A stretch of 64,000 bases of DNA from Octopus sinensis (Eukaryota): assembly GCF_006345805.1 (NCBI RefSeq), contig NC_043001.1, positions 124,992,001 to 125,056,000 on the forward strand, in the 5' to 3' direction. A model generated the notes under the pieces. It was not told the DNA's origin and did not search any database. It worked only from the letters and a program-made list of their open reading frames with translations. The translations under genes and the position numbers were made by a program. Positions 49,697 to 61,266 of the stretch are shown one piece after another (position 1 is the stretch's first letter; every line of letters starts with the position of its first letter).

Positions 49697-50128
49697 CCGT
49701 ATTTGACGGCATATTAGACGCACTGTCATATTAGACGCACCCTCATTTCAGCAGGTCAAATTCAGGAAAAAAAGTTTTAAGTGTATTAAAGAGTTAGGAT
49801 TCCGATCAGCTGATATTAGTAAATATGTCATGGATCGCAGCCTAACAATTTACGCGAGATTGCTTTCATTTTTACAATAATTTGTATTTTAAAGTAATAA
49901 TACTGGTAATAATAATAATAATACTAGCAATAAAATAATGATGCATGAGTACGGAAAATATCATTAAGGCGTTAGCGTAGGTAGAAATACTTATCGTAAG
50001 CTAGGTTAGTGACCGTCTGAGAGAAGATTAGCCTACGGGAGGGTCTTGACTTCGCATATTAGACGCAGGGCGATTTTTTTTGAGCCAAATTTTTTGGAAA
50101 AAAGTGCGTCCTATATGCCGTCAAATAC

Positions 50129-50130
<2 letters not shown>
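49697..50130. mobile_element. pogo/Tc2-like MITE
   Basis: TA TSDs; TIR CCGTATTTGACGGCATAT is perfect for 18 bp and matches 26 of 28 bp. Confidence 0.88.
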
Positions 50131-50175
<45 letters not shown>

Positions 50176-50582
50176 ATATACATTTTTATAGTTTAATTTT
50201 TCTTAAAGAAACACTAAATGCCCCTTCCTCCACCTCACCCACCCATCACCTACCAGCTTTCATAAATTCGTACTTTGTTTTTTCTCCATGTATTACCAAG
50301 AATAAAAATTTTGAAAAAGGTGAAAAATGAATTTGGTGTGGAAGGGAAGAAAATTAAAATATTGAGAAAGTATTTTGTGGGTAAAATTGTAATCTCCTCT
50401 ATTGCAAACGTAGGAATCGGAAGAAATTTAGGAAAAAAAAATAGGGAGGAGGGGATGGAAATGTCACCGCAGACATGCTAGAAAGATGAGATAAAGGTCA
50501 GGATTTCTGGGAAAACTTGCTTTGAAGTTTATATCAAAGATCGGGTTTTTAAATATGCTCATCATAAACACAAATTACACAA

Positions 50583-50970
50583 TAGGTGCAGGAGTGGCTG
50601 TGTGGTAAGTAGCTTGCTAACCAACCACATGGTTCCGGGTTCAGTCCCACTGCGTGGCATCTTGGGCAAGTGTCTTCTGCTATAGCCCCGGGGCGACCAA
50701 AGCCTTGTGAGTGGATTTGGTAGACGGAAACTGAAAGAAGCCTGTCGTATATATGTATATATATATGTATGTGTCTGTGTTTGTCCCCCTAGCATTGCTT
50801 GACGACCGATGCTGGTGTGTTTATGTCCCCGTCACTTAGCGGTTCGGCAAAAGAGACCGATAGAATAAGTACTGGGCTTACAAAGAATAAGTCCCGGGGT
50901 CGAGTTGCTCGATTAAAGGCGGTGCTCCAGCATGGCCGCAGTCAAATGACTGAAACGAGTAAAAGAGTAA
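50583..50970 (+). mobile_element. SINE family A (intron 4)
   Basis: Homology. Confidence 0.9.
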
Positions 50971-51426
50971 TAGAAAAAGATCATTTCATTTGGATTTGAG
51001 CTGTAAATGTCATTGTTTCTTTTTAGAATGACATTGTAGGGTAGGTATAAGAAGCTGGATCTGCTGGTTTGAACATAAAACTAGTAGGATATATGGACTG
51101 GATATCAGCGGTTTAAATGCTAAACAGTCGAGCTAAATATGTAGTGTAAGCAGTAACTCCTGAAGAATGGTATCTTCATTCCATGTTCAGTACCAAGTTG
51201 TATGTATTTCATTGGCTTTGCTAATGCTCTTGGCTGAGTCATTTATGTCATAACTTCTTTTCACTCTACCTTATGATGTCAATAGCATTGAGCACTTATT
51301 GGTAGATACTTTCTGACTTCTGTGAGTTATATGCTTCACTTATTTCAGGTTTCATTTGGTATTTTTTTAATTCTTTTTTTTTTTAAAGTCATTTTTTAAT
51401 GTTGGATTTTTTTTTCTCTTTTGCAG

Positions 51427-51503
51427 TCAATGTATGCACTAATGGCAAAGTGTGAAGAACTAGGCAAATCAATGACTCCAATTTACCAACTGGCAAATCA
51501 AAT
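51427..51503 (+). CDS. BORCS6: BORCS6 coding exon 5
   Basis: TTGCAG acceptor. Encodes SMYALMAKCEELGKSMTPIYQLANQ + AT and ends at the U12-type donor GTATCCTT. Confidence 0.92.
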
Positions 51504-51511
51504 GTATCCTT
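51504..51511 (+). promoter_or_regulatory. U12-type 5' splice site (GTATCCTT)
   Basis: Exact match to the RTATCCTT minor-spliceosome donor consensus at the exon 5 boundary. Confidence 0.9.
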
Positions 51512-51883
51512 CAAACTAATCTGAAACATTTACATATATGTTGGGACAGACAGACAGACTCACAACACACACACAACTCACACACCACACACATGTATGC
51601 ATATTACTGTTGCATTTTGTTGAGTAAATAGCTTATGGTTAAAAAAAAAGTATGTGGTTTACATCTCATCACTGGTACTGGGTTGTGTTGTTTAATGTCA
51701 AAGGTACATAACTTTCAATAAGCTCAATAAAAGCTCAGCTAACTTTGTCGTATGTAGCTAGGTGCTATGAATGCTCAGTCCACCTCAGGAGACGGTTTGT
51801 GCTCTATACAATTTATTATTTGGTACAAAGCCTTTGGGTTGACATAGTCTATGCCTGATCCTTTATAGACTAGATTTCATTAG

Positions 51884-52303
51884 GACACCCATAAAATTAT
51901 CAACCATCTTACAAACAATAACTCTGAGCACCTTTTCTAACTCCACCCGCCTAACACCTGTGGACATATTTACAAAGTCAGAAAACAACACAGCTCCCAT
52001 GACTTTAGGAAACATTTTTTCATGCTGAGAGTTGCTGAAGCATGGAACAAACTGCCGGCATCAGTTGTTAGTTGTCGGAGCACTGCATCCTTCAAAACTT
52101 CCATGCTTTCTGAGATTCGACAACACTACACCTGATTTTCTCCCCTCCATACACATACAAGCATGTATCTGACTCGTACATTGTTCACTTTCCAGACATT
52201 TTTACATTACTTCACATACTTTATATGCACTTTCTGACAAGTTGTGGTGCACCTGAGCACTGTATACAATAATTTCATTATTATTTTTATTATTATTATT
52301 ATA
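51884..52303 (+). mobile_element. CR1-type LINE 3' end, inside the U12 intron
   Basis: Same sequence as 6167-6600 in reverse, with (ATT)n tail. Confidence 0.92.
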
Positions 52304-53387
52304 AGATTAGCATTGTACTGTTTCTACCATATCACACCTCTGAGCACCATATTGTTAATGACTGACTCCTTTAGCTTGCAAAGAATAGACTCCTTCAGGC
52401 TAACTTACAATAAATACTTAGACAAAATATGTACAGGTATGGCTCTGTGGTTATGAAGTTTGCTTTGCAACCATATGGTTCTGAGTTCAGTCCCACTGTG
52501 CAGATCCTTGGGCAAGTGTCTGCTATTATAGCCCTGAGCCAAATAATGCCTTATAAATGAATTTGTTGGGTGAAAATTGTATGGAAGCCCACTGGAAAGC
52601 CAGCGTTGGTTTGTTTACATCCCCGTAAACTTAGAGGTACAGCAAGAGGGATGACTAGAATAAATACCAGACTTAAAAGAATAAGTGCTAGGGTCGATTT
52701 GTTAAAGGTGGTACACCTGCACGGTTGCAGTCTAATGGCTGAAACCGCTAAAAAAATTAGACCAAAAAAATCTGTAGTCAAATTCCAAATATCCAACAGG
52801 TTATGAAACTCCCCACTCACATAGACACAAAACACTGTAGTGAGTCAGTAAACTTCTTGAAGAGGTGCTAGCAACCGTTTTTCTAGAAACAGGTCACATG
52901 GAACGTGGTTCAACCTAGGTGGGCACACTAGTAAAAAAATTCAAGGTAATTTTTTATTAGGCATACCTTAGTGAAAGTCCTCTAGGCTACAGTTTGCATA
53001 TGACTGGCTATCTGCTAGAAATAGCAGTCAAAGCACCTTCATATCACACCTTACTACAATTTTAGTTTCTGTAAAGTTTTGCCTTGGATAGACCAGTGGT
53101 CGAAGTAAGTTGGCCAATATTGAGTGCACAGTGTCTTGTGTTGTTGACAATTATACGAAATGAGAAAAGGTATGAGAGAGAGAGAGTTGCTCTTGGCTCT
53201 GTTTACTAAGGGCTGACTTGACTTAACTTGGTGCTAAACCACAACTATATCTGAGTTACTTGGGATTTTAAAGATAAATGGGGAAAAATATGTTATGTAT
53301 ATGTATTTTATACTGTTGATGTCATAACAATTTTATAAACTTTTGAGAAAATGTAAAATAATTCTTTTTTGGAAGAGTGGATTTCAA

Positions 53388-53616
53388 GCTACCATTGGTT
53401 TCATGTTAAGAGAGAAATCCCTTAATTATCAAGCCTGCCATATGGCAACATTGGTGTTTGGACACTGATGTTCTCATATGGCAGGCTTGATAATTGTTAA
53501 TGGATTTCTGTGACATAAAACCAATGGTAGCCATAACCCATAAATAAAGTATATACATATATATATATTATATATTGGGGGAGGGTAATATCCTTTTTCA
53601 TTGAAAGGAATGTAAT
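53388..53616 (+). repeat. Intronic copy of the 3'UTR hairpin + AATAAA block
   Basis: About 230 bp, near-identical to 55411-55642. Confidence 0.95.
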
Positions 53617-54150
53617 CACCTGTAAATATTGGGTTGAGAAATCTGAGGAGACGTGGGTTCATGACCCACAGACAGCCTTTGACTTTTTCTATCCAAAAGA
53701 GTTTCTCAGCCCAATATTTAAATCTGTGGTCTCTGTGCCGGTGGCACATAAAAAGCACCATCCGATTGTGGCCATTGCCACCTCGCCTGGCCCCCATGCC
53801 TGTGGCACGTAAAAAGCACCATCTGACCATGGCCGTTTGCCAGCCCCATCTGGCACCTAAAAAGCACCCACTACACTCACTGAGTGGTTGGCGTTAGGAA
53901 GGGCATCCAGCCATAGAAACATTGCCAGATCAGACTGGGCCTGGTGCAGCCTTCTGGCTTCCCAGACCCCAGTTGAACCGTCCAGCCCATGCTAGCATGG
54001 AAAGCAGACGCTAAATGATGATGATAATGTTGATGATGTTCTCGACCATTTTTCAATTTTGGACCCTTTTGATTCCTTCTTTGCTCTCTGGACCTCCGTA
54101 GCCAGTAACTGTGTATTAAAAAAATCTTCCTGCATTTTGATCATTAAATC

Positions 54151-54863
54151 GGTGCAGGCATGGCTGTGCGGTAAGAAGCTTGCTTCCCAACCACATGGTT
54201 CTGGGTTCAGTCCCACCATGTGGCACCTTGGGCAAGTGTCTCTTACTGTATATATACACTTATGTGTGTGTCTGTGTTTGCCCTACCCCTCCACTATCAC
54301 CACTTGACAACCAATGCTGGTGTGTTTACGTCCCTGTAATTTAGCAGTTCAGCAAACAGGGCTGATAGAATAAGTACTAGGCTTACAAACAATAAGTCCT
54401 GGGGTTGATTTCTTTGACTAAAAATTCCTTTAGAGCAGTGCTCAGCATGGCTGCAGTCAAATGACTGAAACAAGTAAGAACAATATTATAATGAATAGGA
54501 GTGGCTGTGTGGTAAGTAGCTTGCTTACCAACCACATGGTCCCGGGTTCAGTCCCACTGCGTGGCACCTTAGGCAAGTGTCTTCTACTATAGCCTCGAGC
54601 CAAAACCTTGTGAGTGGATTTGGTAGACGGAAACTGAAAGAAGCCTGTCGTATATATGTATATATATGTAAGTGTGCGTTTGTCCTCCCAACATCGCTTG
54701 ACAACCAATGCTGGTGTGTTTACGTCCCCGTAACTTAGTGGTTCGGCAAAAGAGACCGATAGAATAAGTACTATGCTTCCAAAGAATAAGTCCTGGGGTC
54801 GATTTGCTCGACTAAAGGCGGTGCTCTAGCATGGCCACTGTCAAATGACTGAAACAAAAAGAG
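54151..54863 (+). mobile_element. Two tandem SINE family A copies in the U12 intron (diverged 54151-54478, younger 54496-54863)
   Basis: Homology. Confidence 0.85.
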
Positions 54864-55060
54864 TGTATAAAAAAATCAAAATATTTTGTGTATTGTTGAA
54901 GTGTAACCAATTTATTGTACATAAATTTTAACACGAAAATCTTATTTGGGCCCCAGTTGAGACCACTGATTTACATGCTATTGTATATAGCTTTGTATGC
55001 TTCAAGATCCACTGTTCCAAAAAAAAAATTTTTTCTTTCTTTCCAAACTGTTATACTGTA

Positions 55061-55069
55061 TTCCTTGAC
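55061..55069 (+). promoter_or_regulatory. U12-type branch site (TTCCTTGAC)
   Basis: Matches TTCCTTRAC. The branch A at 55068 is 15 nt from the end of the AG acceptor, with no polypyrimidine tract between them. Confidence 0.88.
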
Positions 55070-55083
55070 TTGTTGTCTCATAG

Positions 55084-55141
55084 AAAGGAGATAAAACGCT
55101 TATTGGATATCTTTGAAAACAAGCTTGTAGACAGATCCTGA
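55084..55141 (+). CDS. BORCS6: BORCS6 coding exon 6 (terminal)
   Basis: CATAG acceptor 14 nt after the U12 branch motif TTCCTTGAC. AT+A gives Ile, then KEIKRLLDIFENKLVDRS*, matching the IKxIKRxLDxFE C-terminus of BORCS6 proteins as I recall it. Confidence 0.9.
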
Positions 55142-55410
55142 GTTTTTCTTTGTTTTTTCACTTTTGTTGCTCGACACTGATAGTTGTTTTTTTTTCTTTT
55201 TTTAACCACCAAAAGAAAAGAAAGACTGAAAAAAAAAGACAAAATGAAACTACAATACTACTACTACTACTATCTGTTACATCTGCTCAGTTAATACTTC
55301 CAGTTATCTCCACTTTCTTTTAGTTTTATATATACATATATATGTTGATATCGAACAGTGAATGCTCAACACTGCATTGGTGGATAAAAATTCTTTATTT
55401 ATGGATTAAG

Positions 55411-55642
55411 GCTACCATTGGTTTCATGTTAAGAGAGAAATCCATTAACAATTATCAAGCCTGCCATATGACAATATTGGTGTTTGAACACTGATGTTCT
55501 CATATGGCAGGCTTGATAATTGTTAATGGATTTCTGTGACATAAAACCAATGGTAGCCATAACCCATAAATAAAGTATATACATATATATATATTATATA
55601 TTGGGGGAGGGTAATATCCTTTTTCATTGAAAGGAATGTAAT
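55411..55642 (+). repeat. 3'UTR long hairpin (55411-55557) + AATAAA block
   Basis: GCTACCATTGGTTT...AAACCAATGGTAGC with a perfect 36-bp central stem. Confidence 0.95.
55569..55574 (+). terminator. Candidate BORCS6 poly(A) signal AATAAA
   Basis: First AATAAA I find after the stop at 55141. U/GU-rich sequence follows at about 55670-55720. Confidence 0.5.
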
Positions 55643-56940
55643 TATATTTATGACATGTCTATCGCTAACATTCTTTTTTTTTTATTCTTCCTGTTGTTGT
55701 TTAATGTTTTTATTTTTTTGTTATTATAAATCTAAATCTACTTACAAATGGAGTTCACTTTATTTTTTGTTGCCTTTAATCATCATTATTATTGTTGTTA
55801 TCAAGGTGGCAGGCTGGCTGAAGCATTAGCATGCTGAACAAAATGCTTAGCAACATTTTGCCCGTCTTTCAAATTCCGCTGAGATTGACTTAGCCTTTTA
55901 TCCTTTCAGAGATGATAAAATAAGTACCAGTTGTGCATTGGGGGTCAATGTAATCGACTTACTCCACTCACTCAAAATTACTGGCCTTGTGCTAAGATTT
56001 GACACCTTTATTTTAATTATTGATAAGGTGGTGAGTTAGTAGAATCACTAGCACCTTGGGCAAAATGCTTAGCGGCATTTTATCTAGGTTCTTATGTTCT
56101 GGGTTCTAATTACACCATGGTCAACTTTGCCTTTCTGCCTTTTGGGGGTTGATAAAATAAGTACCAGTTGAGCACCGGGGTTTATGTAATTGAAACTTCA
56201 GGCCTTGTGTGTGTGTATTAGAAAAGATTATTGTTGATTTTTTTTTGATTTTTTTGATTTTTTTGATTTTTTTTTTATATTATTATTTCGTCTTTCTCCT
56301 TCAAAACATCACATATTTTTATCCCCTCCATTTACTTGCCTGTTTGCTACATTCCCTATGTCTGATTGAAATCCCTTGCAGAATCAAAAAAAAAAAGAAA
56401 AAAAAGTTATTGAAACTCAGACACATTTTGAAACGAACCCTTACACAATGTCAATATTAAATCTGCCGAACTCAGACATACCACAAGCAATAAAACAAAC
56501 CACTCACCATCCTCCTCCTCCTCCTCCTCTTCCTTTAAATCTGCAATGCAACCATAATGATTGGTTATCCTCCTACCTCTGCTCTCTTGTCTAAAACCTA
56601 AAAACTGCAGCCATAATATTGATATTTGTTAAACCAGAATGACAGTTCTTATTACAGTGACTGCTAAATCCTAATACAGCCTCAAAAGTAACTTCTCACA
56701 AACTAAATACTGATAGGGGCATGAAATTTGTCTATTTACAAGCTTCCTAGTAAGTAATATCTGCTGTAACCTCAATGGTGGTTCCTCTTCCCAGTGCAAC
56801 TATTATGATAGTTTGTTCTCTTGTAGATATGATATTGATATTTACTCTTACCGTTTATGTGTGATGACACAGCACTTCCATATCTTGCTATAATTATGAT
56901 TGAACATATTTATCTACAATGAGAAACAGACTGATTTCCT

Positions 56941-57231
56941 TTGTGTGTGTGTGTGTGTGTGTGTATAGACATGGGTATGTGTGTACTTGTATGTGTATAT
57001 ATGTATTTATGTATATATATATATATGTGTGTGTATATATGTATATGTATGTATATATATATATATATATGTATGTGTATATATATATGTATATATGTAT
57101 ATGTATGTATATATATATATATGTATGTATATATATATATGTATATATGTATGTATATATACTTTGATACTTTGATAGGTTTCGACCATTATTGGCCCAG
57201 GCCATGTCTAACTTAATAGCACCACCTGGTA

Positions 57232-57268
<37 letters not shown>

Positions 57269-57578
57269 TATGTATATATGTATGTATGTATATATATATA
57301 TGTATATGTATGTATGTATATATATATATGTATATATATGTATGTATATATATATGTATATATATATGTATGTATATATATATATGTATATATATATGTA
57401 TGTATGTATGTATGTATATGTATGTATGTATGTATGTATATATATATATGTATATATGTATTTATGTATATGTATATATATATATATGTATGTATATATA
57501 TATATGTATGTATGTATGTATGTATATATATATATGTATATATGTATTTATGTATATGTATATATATATATATGTGTG

Positions 57579-57619
<41 letters not shown>

Positions 57620-57981
57620 ATGTGTATATATGTGTATATATGTATATGTGTATATATGTGTGTGTATGTGTATATATGTGTATATATGTATATGTGTATA
57701 TATATATGTATATGTGTATATATGTATTTATGTGTATGTATATATGTATATGTGTATATATGTATTTATGTATATATGTATATGTGTATATATGTATTTA
57801 TGTATATGTGTATATATATGTATATGTGTATATATGTATTTATGTATATGTGTATATATATATATATGTGTGTGTATATATGTGTATGTATGTTTGTGGG
57901 TATATGTATGTATGTATGTGTGTATATATTTGTATGTTGTGTGTGTGTGTATGTATATGTGCACGTATAAGTGTGTATATA
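56941..57981. repeat. About 1-kb compound (TA)/(TG)/(TATG) microsatellite
   Basis: Direct reading, with one unique interruption at about 57165-57232. Confidence 0.97.
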
Positions 57982-59321
57982 CTAGGTGCATTCAAAAAAT
58001 ATCTGACTTTATTTTTTTCCCAAGAAAACTAATGCTGCATGAGTAAAATCCTTTTAGGTGGGAGATGACGCCACCCTTCCTGCTTCAGTTCCCAACTGTT
58101 ACACCTAAGAGTACAGACGTGTAGTGTGCACTCATCAGATTTTCATTTTCACTGAGATGCACCACACAGAGATATTGCATCAAATTTTGCCAAAAGTCTG
58201 GTGGTACTCAAGCTCAAACCATCCAGAAGATTCAGCAGGCCTTTGGTGATGATGCCATGGGAAAAACTCAAATCAAGGTGCAGTACAGCTGATTCAGACA
58301 TGGCTGCAAGTCAGTGAAGCATACTCAGGCAGGCCATCCACAAGCCAAAATGAGGAGCTAATTGAAAAGGTTAAGTGAATAATCCATGGGAGACCAATGT
58401 GTAACAATTGAGGAAATTGCTCATGAAGTGGGAATAAGCACAAGATCAGCGCATTCCATTTTAACGGAGGATTTGTGCATGTGGAGAAGGCGAAATTTTC
58501 CCCCAATGTACTGGCAGAGCAGTAGAAGCAACTCCACATAGAAATCGCTCAGAGCATGCTGGGCTGAGCAAACCATAACCCAGACTTCATGAAAACAATC
58601 ATTACTGGTGATAAGACCCAAGTTTATGGTCTTTGCTCAATGTGTTTGGTCATCTTGTTAGCCATATTCTGAACGCCTTACTTCCCTGGGCATGGATACA
58701 TTGAAACTCCGACGTCTGGCAGCTGACTTGACAGACACCCATAAAATTATCAACCATCTTACAAGCAGTAACTCTGAGCACCTTTTCAAACTCCACCCGT
58801 CTAACACCCGTGGACATATTTACAAAGTCAGAAAACAGCACAACTCCCATGACTTTAGGAAACATTTTTTCACGCTGAGAGTTGCTGAAGCATGGAACAA
58901 ACTGCCGGCATCAGTTGTTAGTTGTCGGAGCACTGCATCCTTCAATACTTCCATGCTTTCTAAGATTCGCCAACACTACACCTGATTTTCTCCCCTCTAT
59001 ACACACACAAGCATGTATCTGACTCATACATTGTTCGCTTTCCAGACATTTTTACATTACTGCATATACTTTATATGCACTTTCAGACGAGTTGTGGTGC
59101 ACCTGAGCACTGTATACAATAATTTCATTATTATTATTATTATAAAAGGACAATCTGATGAGCATGCACTACACGTCTGTACTCAAGGCATAACAACATG
59201 GAAATTTTCATGCATGCACAAGAAGGGTGGCACCACTTCCCACCCAAAGGATTTTGCCTACACAGCATTACTTTTGGCTGGGGGAAAAAATGAAATCAGA
59301 TACGTTTTTGAATGCACCTCA
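57982..59321 (+). mobile_element. Second copy of the same mariner derivative, interrupted by CR1
   Basis: TA-flanked TIRs AGGTGCATTCAAAAA / TTTTTGAATGCACCT. Contains CIKFCQKSGGTQAQTIQKIQQAFGDDAMG. Confidence 0.85.
58661..59143 (+). mobile_element. CR1-type LINE 3' end inserted in a mariner remnant
   Basis: MDTLKLRRLAADL...RQHYT* plus tail. Flanked on both sides by mariner sequence. Confidence 0.92.
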
Positions 59322-59623
59322 TATATGTGTGTATGTGTGATATTGGTTTAAACTTAGGAAATGATAATTTGTGTGGGAGCTACCTTTTTGAGGAATCTGG
59401 CTACTTACAATAAACTACTGAAAGTATTGTTGCTGAGTGTTTATACAAAACAGCTTGGCAAACAAGATGTTTTGCTTTATTTGAAACAAAACATTTTTTG
59501 TTGAATTAGACACACACACATATATATGTATATATATATATATATTTATATCTATCTATATATATATATTTATGATGATGATGATGATCTATCTATATAT
59601 GTATATATATATATATGTATATG

Positions 59624-59875
59624 CTGTTGTGTCTGGGGAGAGTCATTCTCTTTTTGTGCCTTATAATATAACACACTCACCGGTAAAATTTCCACTCTTT
59701 TCTTATTTTTATAAAATAATAGGAAAATAAAAATAAGAAAAGAGTGGAAATTTTACCGGTGAGTGTGTTATATTATAAGGCACAAAAAGAAAATGACTCT
59801 CTCCAGACACAACAGAATATGCTTCAACACACGAACTCATATAAAGAATCGTGCAAACCAAATCCAAAAACGAAA
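59624..59875 (+). mobile_element. Fold-back element related to 49325
   Basis: 89-bp arms (59624-59712 / 59727-59815, two mismatches), 14-nt loop, one-sided tail. No hammerhead retained. Confidence 0.65.
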
Positions 59876-60279
59876 GGCGCAGGAGTGGCTGTGTGGTAAG
59901 AAGCTTGCTAACCAACCACATGGTTCCGGGTTCAGTCCCACTGCGTGGCATCTTGGGCAAGTGTCTTCTGCTATAGCCCCGGGCCAACCAATGCCTTGTG
60001 AGTGGATTTGGTAGATGGAAACTGAAAGAAGCCTGTCGTATATATGTGTATATATATATATATGTATGTTTGTGTGTCTGTGTTTGTACCCCTAGCATTG
60101 CTTGACAACCGATGCTGGTGTGCTTACGTCCCCGTCACTTAGCAGTTCGGCAAAAAGAGACTGATAGAATAAGTACTGGGCTTACAAGGAATAAGTCCCG
60201 GGGTCGATTTGCTCGACTAAAGGCGGTGCTCCAGCATGGCCGCAGTCAAATGACTGAAACAAGTAAAAGAGTAAAGAGT
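59875..60279 (+). mobile_element. SINE family A
   Basis: Homology. Confidence 0.9.
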
Positions 60280-61104
60280 ATATCACCCAAAACATGGATA
60301 CTAAAACTGATGGTTATATATGTGTGTATGTGTATTAATTGATAGAAGCACTATATATTGTGGAGACAGAAGTGTTACATAAATTTAGAAATGTGTTCTT
60401 TTACTAAACACATGCATTTTAACCTTTCTGTGAAAACTATAGAATCTCTTTCTGATCAGTAAAACAGATCAACCTGTTAAGTGTCAGCACTATTTACCAC
60501 TTCCTCAGAGATCAGTTACTCATTTTCCTGAGAGGATAGTAGCTTATAACTGTTTATACTCTACACAACCTTGGATAAAACTAAGTTGTTCTGCCCTAGT
60601 TGGGATAATATTACCTTCATTGGCTATGGAAATTACTTAATAGCTGTGAAATATGAGATTAATTAGCTTTATATCTTTTACTGGACACTTTGAGGCAGAG
60701 AAATATAGTTTAATTACATTACCTACTTTTCACAGTAGGGCTAAAAATGTGTGTTTGCTTTACTTATCCATATATGTATGTGTGTGTGTGTGTGGAGAGA
60801 GAGAGACAAAAAAAGAAACACAAAGTTATTGCCAACCTGCAGAGCTGGGTGGGTTTGTTTTTGTTTTTGGGTTCCCCCCCCCCCAAACTTTAAAATTAGT
60901 CATTATATAATAACTACTTTTAAAGAGCTGAAATTCCTCAAAGCTGACATGGGTCTCAGATTGCTTTTTGAACCAGTTTTATTATTGTCTTCAACAACTA
61001 TCGAGCTTTAATACCAAAGCAATACTAAATTTTTATACACATATAATTATGTATGTATGTGTGTGTGTTTTTATATATATATATTTTTATATATATATAT
61101 ATAT

Positions 61105-61233
61105 ACTTTATTTAAAGCAGCAGAGTAACAGGTTTTGTTGAATTTTCTGCTGCTTTAAATAAAACATATTACTCTACCACTGGTATTTGAGTACTCTTTT
61201 TTCCACCTTGTTTCACATTTATGTGTTTACTCC

Positions 61234-61266
<33 letters not shown>

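Noticed and set aside
51504-51519. Read-through stop (QMYPSN*) as the normal BORCS6 C-terminus
   Set aside because: Homologous IKxIKRxLDxFE residues are encoded at 55084-55141 behind perfect U12 signals. Kept only as a possible minor isoform.
56894-58046. Multiple ORFs up to 284 aa rich in Y/I/M/C/V
   Set aside because: Artefacts of the TA/TG microsatellite, which lacks stop codons.
59155-59200. CTGATGA hammerhead box in the mariner end (also CTGAAGA at about 18644)
   Set aside because: No properly spaced stem II, GAAA and stem I around either site.
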